This document shows positions 38,435 to 64,000 of a stretch of DNA of 64,000 bases, in pieces. The stretch covers positions 1,922,001-1,986,000 of the forward strand of contig NC_047082.1 of the NCBI RefSeq assembly GCF_902459465.1. Direction: 5' to 3'. A program made the position numbers and the translations under genes. The notes below the pieces were generated by a model. That model did not search any database and had not been told where the DNA came from. It saw only the letters and a list, made by a program, of their open reading frames with translations. Source of the DNA: Asterias rubens (Eukaryota). Within the stretch, counting starts at the first letter, position 1, and each line of letters begins with the position of its first letter.

Positions 38435-38590
38435 TAGCCCACCTTGTTGAGCTGTTATTGTTAATGGCTCTCTCCATGGTCTCATCACTGTCGGCTTGTC
38501 GCCATTGTTGTAATTGGATTGAAATTAAATGGCGACATTGTTGAGACCGATGTTAAAAGACAGCCATTTACAGCTCAACTAGGTGGGCTA
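38435..38590. mobile_element. Foldback/MITE
   Basis: TAGCCCACCT-GTTGAGCTGT...AATGGCT pairs with AGCCATT-ACAGCTCAAC-AGGTGGGCTA. Confidence 0.75.
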
Positions 38591-39000
38591 AACAAGAGTA
38601 GGCCTACATAAACAGTCAAGAGTGGTGTTATGGTATTAACTGTTAATGTCATTAATTTTTTTATTTAAAAATATTAATGTAGAATATTTATTTGATTTGA
38701 TTGAGTCAATTGTGAAATCAGCAGTGAGTAAGCTAGGTCGAATTAAACCCACAATCATTCTCCTTTTGACGAATGCATGTCCTGCAGTCTAACCACGCCT
38801 AACCACTTGAACACGGTGACAAAATGAGTAATTAATTATTAAAATATTAATAGTTAATTATTTGATGTTAACATTTGTTGTAAGCATGTGTAATGTAGCT
38901 CCACAGTGCGGACAAGTGTTAACCAAGGGGTCTCCCTCTTCAGTGGGTCAGTGGTCCAGTAGCCAAATACCAGTTAAAACAGTTTCTGATACTTTCGTAT

Positions 39001-39264
39001 ACGAAATTTGAAGTGTGATAATTATGTTTAAATAAAATGTGCAAAAAGGAATTTTTGCACCAGTCAAAAGGTCAAATTAAATGCTGGTCCTTAAACTAAA
39101 AAATGGATGCCAAACCTTGATTAAAAAAATAACCTAAACGAAATTTGAAGTGTGATAATTATGTTTACATAAAATGTGCAAAGAGGAATTTTTGCACCAG
39201 TCAAAAGGTCAAATTAAATGCTGGTCCTTAAACTATAAAATGGATGCCAAACCTTGAATAAAAA
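39001..39264. repeat. 137-bp-period tandem duplication, near-identical
   Basis: ACGAAATTTGAAGTGTG...GCCAAACCTTGA starts at 39001 and again at 39138. Confidence 0.92.
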
Positions 39265-40059
39265 TTCCATTTTTATTAACATTTTTGAAGGACCAACCAG
39301 ACCAGCTGCCAGACCGGGATTCGAACCCACACTATGTGAACAACAAATTTCAGTCCACTAGTGCTCATCTATTATAGTGTCAAGTGTAGCCATGTACATT
39401 GTATACCATTTGTGTACCAGTATATTTTCAGAAAGTAAATAATCTGAAATCTGAGCAAGAACAGTCTGTTATATCACACCACCCAGTATGGTATAGTTTC
39501 AAGGTCCAGTGACTTTTATAGCCTTCCCAAAACATAATCAATAAAAATAGATTTCTTTTATTTGGTCACACAGATAACAATCCACAGTGATTTGAAACCC
39601 CCACTTAAGTCGACAAGGCGAAGTTACACAACTTTGTAGACCAGACATCATGCTGTTAGCAATCTCTGTGGATTTATCATTTCACACTTGACAGTTATTC
39701 AGAGAGAGGTAAGCAAATCTGTTCATCGTCACATTACATTTAAAAAAAAAAGAGAATAATTCTGTGTTTTTTATTAGTTTTGGTTGAATTTTGCTTTTAA
39801 AATGAACTTCATGTACCTAGAGTTTGATGTTCTACCCCCTGATTGTTTACCAAATACTTAATTAATGTGGATTTAAATTTGTGACATTCAAAAGGAAAAA
39901 AGGCAATTTTTGAAATTTCGTTATATTCCACTTCATTCCTGAAAAGATATTGCATTGTACTAATATCGATATAGACAAATTGTCTCAACAAGTACAGAAT
40001 AAATATTTACCGTCTTGACTGTTTCATAAAACAGGTTGCAGCAAATCTGATCATCCAGC

Positions 40060-47604
<7,545 letters not shown>

Positions 47605-49163
47605 AATGTTCCTAAAGGAGTCACGGAAATCTGAAGAAGCTTTGGCATATTAAACAAACTTGTCTTCCTTGAATTTTTAAACAGGGCTCGTTAAAATTTG
47701 TATTGCTGTTTCTCTTTCAAAGTTGCAAGAAATTTTGATCTGATGTTTGTGCGAATTTTATTTTGGTTTCACACTAATAATATCAAAAAGCCCACATTAA
47801 CTTTCAAACAAAATTTTATAAATTTACGTCGAGTAAGTTTTGGTATGTTTGCAATTGGCCTATTCCTAGACGGTAATAAACTGTTCTGACTTTTAAACGG
47901 AGCTTGTCCAAATTTGTGTTGAATTTTTAAATAGGGCTTGTCCAATTTTGTATTGGTTAAGGATTCAAGCTGTTCAATTGTATCTCTTGTGGTTTATTAC
48001 TTGATATTGGAGGAATTCATTGAAGATTTTGCTTGTGCTGTAGTTAACGCTATATCTAAACTACTCACTACACAGGTTTTCAGTAGAATTATTGGAAGTG
48101 GTGGAAGCAGTTAGTTATTTAATTGATTGAATAAATAAGAGACAGGTGCAGATTGTGATGTATTGAAAATTCTTATCAGAGTTTACCAAATAAACCCATA
48201 ATGTGCTACATACTGATATATATTTATTATATAAACCTTTGTGTCATGGTGTGTCAGTTTTATTGTTGTCATCGAATCAACTTCAGTTGAGACTGATCTT
48301 TTTCAGCCGACTAATTGTAGACAAATATACACAAAGATTTTCTGTATTTCTTCTGGGGAATGGTGTTTCAAAAACATGTTTGGCAAGAACACAAGTAAAA
48401 GTACACAGAGAAGTAGACAGTGTTTATAAAGACTTACTGTTTCATTCCATGTGAATTATTTATTACATGTTAAACATTCCCTTTCGTAACTGATTAATAT
48501 GCACAAAGATAATGAAGTGAGAGATAATAGAACCCCCATGAGTGCATTTAATAAAATGACAATCGGCCTCACTTTTACAACCTGCTTTATACAATATTGG
48601 ATACACCTGTTAATCTGGTTGACGATGGACACTTGTGTTGCATGCATGCACCAAATGCAACTATCAACCAATAATGTGCCTTCTTCTTGATCTCTGTTAG
48701 GGCGCTGTTTTTTGCTCAGTATAATCATAGAAAAAGATGGTATAATGTAGGCTTGGGATTACACGCAGGCCACGTAGGCCAGTGTCTTCATTTCCCCTGG
48801 TCTTGGCCTTGGTGCCCCTTCAAAAGTTCCCATGGACTTTAAGTTTTTCCAATGGAAGTGTCCTTTGTAAAATGGCCGTGCTCTTTCAAAGATGAAATTC
48901 CACCCTGATAATAAAAGACTGGCCGTGATTAGGCAATAACACTTGAGTTTTCTGGATCTTAATATTTGTCATAATTCCATGCTTAAAAACATGATTAATA
49001 ATATCCCAAGAACCATGTAGCTCTCCGTAGGAAGATCAGTGAGAAACTGAAAAATTACTAAAACTTCCATGTACATGTACATTGTTCTTTAAGCTAAGGA
49101 TTCTGTGTGCAGTTGCACTTTGCAAATGATAACCTGTGATGATCTGCTCCCATTAATACCCCA

Positions 49164-49377
49164 CTAGCTGCCGGGCAACCTCGGTAGTCTAGTTGGTAAG
49201 ACACTGCTCTAGAATTGCAAGGGTCGTGGGTTCAAATCCCACCCGAGTAGCATGCCTGTGACATTTTTTCACAGGACTCGGGAAAGTACTGAGTATACAG
49301 TGCTAACACACATCGGTGTATGGGTAAAAACCAAAATTAATATTCTTTATCCCCGATGCAAATTTAACATCTATTAA
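49164..49377 (+). mobile_element. tRNA-derived SINE, apparently near full length
   Basis: A box GGTAGTCTAGTTGGTAAG, B box GGTTCAAATCCC, body shared with 44648-44788. Confidence 0.8.
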
Positions 49378-49549
49378 TACCCCACCCGTTCAATAAATTT
49401 GACCCAAGTGTTCAATCAAGGTAGTTTTTTATTGTGACTATTGCCTCCATTCTCACCAGTCTTGGCAATAACTTCCATCAATAATTACGTACGAGTGTAT
49501 TTTGAAATAAAACATTTTCTGTTTCAAGAAGCTTTTGGTATTCTCATCA

Positions 49550-57586
<8,037 letters not shown>

Positions 57587-58759
57587 GTTTATAAATGAAT
57601 TGTGCAACAAATTCTAATTTAAACGATCAAGAATTAGGCCGAGTGACTAGTTGCTAGTTGTACTTTCTCGATCACCTGTGTCGTGTTGATGAAATAGTTG
57701 TGAAATATTGAAGGGCGCCCTCCATAGTCAGTTTACAGCCTAGTCCCAAACAAAAGCATAGACACTGATTTCAACTTGGTCAATATGTACATGAAACATC
57801 ACATTTTGTTAATGTAAAAAAAATATATATAAAAAAATGGTTAAGCCTAGGTTTCAATAAAAAGGGGAATATTGACGCAAATATCCGAATCTTATCAGCA
57901 GAGAGTGTGATGAAGCCAAACGAAATAGTACAAAGATGACACTCTCGAATCGAAAAGACTCGCGTGCGGTTGCAAGGAATTGTCAAATTAGCGCCTTTCT
58001 GCGTCTTACTTAAGTATTTTCGTCCACGAGCTGTAATTTCTTGGAAAGCAAAACTGAGAGTAGTAATGGATTGTACCCTAGTAGTTATAGAGTTCGAAAG
58101 AATGGTTTGTTTACATAATTTTTTTCATAAACGAACACAGCGTAAGGTCACTTTCATGGGATAAAGTTGCAAAACTTGCAGTGTTTTGATCTAAAGGACT
58201 AAGTAGAATTGAAGCAACTGGGTTATTCAAGTTTCAAGTTTTAGAATGGATATCGAAGTGTATACAAGACCCTAAAACAGTTACATTTATTTGAAAGTTC
58301 ACTCTTTATTACTTCGTGTCTGCCAACCCGGATCCCATCAATTACTAAAAAAAACGTTAGAGACATAAATATCCCTGTGACGAATCCTATGTTGGGAAAA
58401 GTTCCCCCCTTAAAAAAAGAAAAAAACTGAAACCGCAGAAGTGGGGTGGCCTCATCCCATACAGGTGTAACTGCTGATAAAGAGGGGGATTACCCGCGGA
58501 TTAGTTCAGAGAACAGGTGTATAGACAACAAAACTCAAGGGTGCTGGATTGGAGGGTTGAATGGCGCCCCCTTGCCGCCCCAGGCAGTTGACTTAGGGTG
58601 ATCTTTGTGAATCAGAGGGTTGTGGGGTGGGGGAGGGGGGGGGGCAGGATTGGGGAAGATCGGAATGTTCGTGTAAGGTTTCCGAGTCAAAATGGACAGA
58701 CACTATTGTTTTTTTAGGCATGCGGGCAAGGACCTGGCACAACATCGGTAAACAATAAT

Positions 58760-59102
58760 TGATTGTCCAAAGGCCCACACGTGTATCACAACTTATATAT
58801 ACAAATATTAAACCTGCAAAAATTTAGGCTAAATCGGTCGTCGGAGTCAGTAGAAAATAACGGGAAAACCCACCCTTGTTTTCGCATGTTTCGCCGTGTC
58901 ATGACATGTGTTTAAAATAAATCCGTTATGCTCGATATCGAGAATTGATCATTGTTTTAATATTTATCAAAAAGTAAAGCATTTCGTGGTAAAATATTTT
59001 AAGCGAAGTCTTTCACCATTACCTTCTGTAAACCCCGTAAGTTATTTGTAAATCTGTGAACTTGTAATTTTTGTTTTGTTCAGAAAGTGTCCATGGCTTT
59101 AA
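58760..59102. mobile_element. MITE copy, inverted relative to 30378-30792
   Basis: Colinear reverse-complement similarity across ~340 bp. Confidence 0.8.
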
Positions 59103-62100
59103 TATCTCACCGGATTGGCAACTGCTAGAAGAATAAGTAAATTAAATACCAATAGCTTTTAGCTATTTTGTATCCTACTGTGGTTCAATAGCTGGTTTGA
59201 ATCCTACTTAGTGATTAATGCTCTGGCATACCTTTATTGGTGACTATTTTGGGAAATAAAATTCTTTATTAATATTGCTTAAGTGAGTATTAAGCTTTGC
59301 TAGTATTAAACGATGAAGTTTTGTAAAAAATATGAAAAGGGTAAGCCTATAGCAGGCTTTATTATTAGAAAGTAATACAAAACAGTGGGCTAATTTTTAC
59401 AAATATTATATTTCTAAACAATGGTTCTAACACTACACTACGTATGAAGCCTTGTGCATGGTTGTAGCATGGAGGTGGTTGTAGGTTGCTCATTAGTTGT
59501 GCATAGTTGTTACACTACCCAGTAAAAGTATAATGTGCAAATCGTGCTATTGCATTTGTGTCGAGATTTTTTTTGAAGGAAATTTAAACAAGGTTAAGGA
59601 GAACAACGGGCTCATTTGTCGAGTTATACACTTCAAGAGAAAAATTCCACAATCCCAAGTAGCTGCCAATCCAGATAATACCCCTTGATATTCTCAAGCA
59701 TGCTTGTAATTTCACTTGAGATATCATCCCTCATCCAAGTCTTCACACGACAGTCCTTGAGTGGAATTAACAAAGGTAATCACACACTTGAGAAACACTC
59801 CTATCAAACTAAGTCTTTTTGGTAAATATATCACAGCCATGGCAAACCTCTCTGTAGAAGTTGACCATACAAACTAAGGACAGGTAGAGATGAGTCTTAA
59901 GAAAGGTGCGCAGCGTCTTGGCTTTGCTCCTCCTTGGTGTACTGATCAGATCTTAAAGTGTCTGTCAATCAGAAAGAGCTTTCGTCCATGGCCAGGGGCA
60001 AGGACAGTGTTCCTCTACTCTGTTCATCCCCAAAACCAATACTTCATCAGCAAACATTAGAAACTTATGACTACCCAAAAAGATGTACTTTTTTTAGAAA
60101 GATGTTCAACTAAAAATGTTCTCCATAGCTTTGGCATGTGGCCTGGATCACACCAGATTTTGTTTGTTTCAGCCGTAGTTTGTTTAGGCATTTTACTTTT
60201 CTTTCAGCACAATGTTATTTGTGGCAACTCATGAGACAAACATCCACAAAGTGTTGGGAGGAACAGTGGTTATAATTCAATAATATACTAATTAAGCTAG
60301 CTGTAACTGAAGGACTAAATTGAAATTGAAATGAAGAGAAGAAAGTATAAGCACAGTGTACAGTAAACGTAGTTGTTGCTCAAACAAATTCAATCTAATT
60401 CATTAAGCATCTATCTCTATAATGCATGCTCAACAAACTACTTTAATGTGTTGCTTAACACCCAAACAAATAATGTTAGATTAAAGACTGCTTCTCAGTA
60501 AGCTCAAGTCTCAATAATCCCAAATTATCTTTAATTTTCAAACCAAATTTTAATTTAATCTACATCAGTTCTGATCTGAGCTTGTCAGCTTAACCACTCG
60601 TTGACATTAAACTGCAATAGTTTGTCCACTTCTCCATCCCGTATGGTCGTTAATTGCCTAATGAACATGGCGACGATGACATTCCCCCCCCCCCCCCCCC
60701 ATGTCGGCCAACCGGAAGATTATCATATCTTTCATTTTATAATTTTGATCATGCATCCGTTTTGACTGACAATATTTTGACACCTGTTTCAAGTTCCAAA
60801 GATGTATAAATCATAGTGAAAATTGAGTAGATAATTTTGACTGGATAGTTGGGATTACATTTTGAGCATAGATAACCATGATTCATTAACACCACACAAG
60901 GTTGTATGATAGGTGGCGCTGGACGAGGGTCAAAGTTTAAAGGGCAAAGATCGTCTGTTTAAAAATGTAAGACTTTAACAGTTTGCCATACGATCTATCT
61001 TAAGGTATATTACAGAGGCATTTTTGCTATAAATGCTTTTTGCGAGTAAAACTACTTAAAATAAAAATCATACAATGCCAACTGTTCATTATGTAACCAA
61101 ACACTGTGGTTTGAACATTCGATCTGAAAACAAGTTATTAAAACCAGATTTTATTTCAATATTCAGGGGCAAATTGTCTGTACTCAGAACCTTTTGAAAT
61201 CAAAAGTTCTCAACTTAACATGGATGTACTAGTCTGGTGTGTTGTAAATTTACCCATATTTTGCACGTCACATTTTGTTTGTTTGAAAATAGTTTACATT
61301 TTTGGGTGGATTTAGTTTTAAGCCGATGTGTATTTAGCCAATTGACCCATTTTTGAACCAGGTCGATCACCTGTAAAGCATATTGGACAATACACGCTAC
61401 ACACAAGAGGAGTCATCATCATCATAATGCCTCCAAGATTTTACATCATGGTTAAGAAAGGACCATTTTTAAACATGTGATTAGGAGGGATCATGGCGAG
61501 ACCGACAAGATAACACAGTCATTGTTGTGAGAAAGTTTTTACAATCTGGGATTTATCCCTCTTGTAGGGAGTCATTTGCGGGCTCATTATCCATGGATGT
61601 TTAAACTGATTACTGGTCCAGTGAGGTCATTGGTCTTTCGATCGTGAAAGTTCGAGAAAATGCGAGAAAACAAATTCTTCCGCTAGTACTGTATCGACAT
61701 TTGAGAGTTGAAGGTGTAATTAACATAAACATTTCCCGGTATTTGGTCGACAATATTCTGAATACTCACGCAATTTTTGAGAAGTAAATCTTATTTCCCA
61801 TCAGCATAGACAGTTGACGTCATAATGAGGATTGAGCCAAATTGAGACCTAAATTTGTAATTTAAATTGTGGTCTATTAAACGTTTTGAAACTGACAGAC
61901 CCGAATGACCAAAGGATGCTCAACATTTTTAACGACAAAACAGTCAATGATCAGAGATACAAAACCAAAGCTAAACATAGTAAATAAAACTCTAGATATT
62001 GCTATAAAGAGACGATTATAACTTATTAACATAAAAGGATCTTTATTTCATAAACAAGCTGAGAATCGAACGAGTAGCATTTAAAACTTATTAGCCCAGA

Positions 62101-64000
62101 CAGACACATGAGTCAACATGGTACACGCGATATTTCTTAAGTAGATTCTGAAACCTTGTCGGAGAAATGTCTTTGAAAGCAAATCCACAAGATGTGGCTC
62201 AATTTCAGTAAGACAAGTTTTCGTTCCTCGTGGAGGTCCGCGTGAATCCGAGTTCACAACCTACCTGCCTGCTCGAGCAGATCACAAATCGGTAACAATA
62301 CCCATTAAGGTTCAGTGGTATCCTTTAGATGGTGTGTATATTTTTACCCCGCCAAATTAACAAATGGAGCTGGTATTATTATGCGAATAAATCTCGTAAT
62401 AATCCAGAATCCTCCAAATTGACTGGATTAAGCACCATCAAGCCAACGACCGGGAAAGAGAAGAAGGGGTTCTCAGGTTGCCTTTCAGACGTCTTGTAAT
62501 GGTAAACTTAAAGTGACTCCTTGTCTGTGAGCAGTGGTGCGCACTGGGTGTAATGATAAGATTGAAGGGAAGAACGACCCTGGAGACCTGGCAACGAGGC
62601 ACATAGGGTGCGGATTGCCCGGCGGCTTTCACCGGGGGATGAGATTCACATTGTCGCCGCTACATCGTCCAACAATGAATGATGTGAAAACTTGTTAAGT
62701 CGAGCCCGTAATCCAGTTAGAGGAAAGGAGACCCTCGTTGCGCGAAGGAACTGGTAAAAAAACCCAGAGTTGTTTACAACAATCGTTGTTACTGCTTGAA
62801 ATGTTGACTCAAGATCATAGCCCTAGGTATAGGCCAACTACAAAATATAATTATTTCAAGAAGAATTGGAAGCTACACAATTCAAATACCTTCAAAATTA
62901 AATTTACAGCAGAAACTAATTATAAGAAGCCAATAAATCTCCCGATTTTAGGAAGGTTTTGACGGAGTCAACATATCAATCATGATCAAGAATTAATTCA
63001 GTGACATCTCTCGAGTCGTTTAGACTTAAGTATTAGGCTCCGAATTGACCCTATTCTGTAAGAGGACAAAGAGGAGGTGTTACTCGAGGCCTCGCTTGTG
63101 GTTGTCATGAGAAGGTCTCAATGATGAAGCCACAGCGGCATCTAGGTATAAGGCTATGCTCCAAAATGTAGCTTCTTATCACAGCGTATGTCAAAAATAA
63201 AGACAATTTCTTTTAATAAATTATTAGTTAATACATGTGAACCAACCTGGTTTCGTTCTTCGAGTGTTTTTTTTTTTAAATTGGAAACGACTTTCACTTC
63301 AGAATAACCAACCGGCTCTTTTTAGCGTCAACATCTCTGTGAGATTTCTTATACATCTGAAAGACTATCCTACTCTACCATTCAAAGCACATGTTTTACT
63401 TCCATTTGATTCCCTTTTCGGCGAGAATGTACATTACATGTTCTCTTTTCAAGCCTCTTTATTTTTACACGAAATCTGACTGTTCTCTCTTTGCAAAGTT
63501 TTGGAACTGCAATTTGAGAAGGAGACCTGATGGCGAGGAGGCGATAAGACGATACAAAGAGATAATTGGGGGGCTTTGGGTACCATCGGTATAATAAAAC
63601 GCATTACAAGAGGGCTTAAAAGTGCCTCCCCGACTTCATCGGGTTGACTTCAATGGTTTCCATGGATAGTTAAAGACAAGATCTTGCGCTTAAGAAATAC
63701 GATCCAAATTAAAGTTTCCCTTAATCCATAAGTTGCCTTCTGTGCACCAATGGCAACGTTGTGTTCAAAAACAAATACTACGCAGGGCTTCTCAAATTCC
63801 AATCATGTAAACACTAGCCATGATTGCTTCTCTCCACCTATATACATTTAAATTTTATCAAAAACAAGCATTTCGGACAGTGGTGCAACCAAGGGGGATT
63901 GGGGCATTCGTGGCACTTACCTTTGTTCTCCTTATACCACTAGTCCGAAATATAAAACTTTATTAAAATAATTTGTTTCTTTTTATGCAATGGAAGGTGG

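Noticed and set aside
47605-49549. Overlapping SQLE and ELP3 3' UTRs
   Set aside because: AATAAA hexamers occur on both strands, but they are too common in this AT-rich DNA to place either 3' end without transcript data.
60905-60950. CTCF-like (AGGTGGCGCTG) and DR1-like (GGGTCAAAGTTTA) motifs
   Set aside because: Only half-matches with no supporting context; similar partial CTCF-like sites at ~18545 and ~37046 are equally weak.
62221-62240. HDV-like ribozyme at TCCTCGTGG (R2/HDV L3-like)
   Set aside because: The flanking bases (CGT/GGA) do not form P3, and no P1/P2 partners were found.

Overview
AT-rich, intron-rich animal genomic DNA, probably a marine invertebrate deuterostome. An echinoderm such as a sea star is my impression from the repeat landscape and is not verified. 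Five spliced genes were rebuilt by hand from GT-AG boundaries with consistent phases: (1) a class II xylose isomerase (minus, 12 coding exons in the window, last exon off the left edge); (2) an uncharacterised 700-aa TIR-SAM-TIR-TIR protein (minus, 4 coding exons); (3) PAPS transporter 2 / SLC35B3 (minus, 9 coding exons, 357 aa); (4) squalene monooxygenase SQLE (plus, 9 coding exons, 508 aa), head-to-head with SLC35B3 across a short region holding a cluster of SREBP-type sterol regulatory elements; (5) Elongator subunit ELP3 (minus, 15 coding exons, 554 aa), tail-to-tail with SQLE. The 8.6-20.3 kb interval is a nested duplication block with diverged ~1.5 kb segmental copies, a ~190-220 bp degenerate array, an RTE-like LINE remnant and a higher-order minisatellite. 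MITEs, foldback elements and tRNA-derived SINEs are scattered throughout. The strongest leads are the SARM1-like but ARM-less triple-TIR/SAM protein, which keeps the catalytic Glu in two TIRs, and the putative SREBP-driven bidirectional SQLE/PAPS-transporter promoter. Repeat boundaries are approximate and were read by eye.
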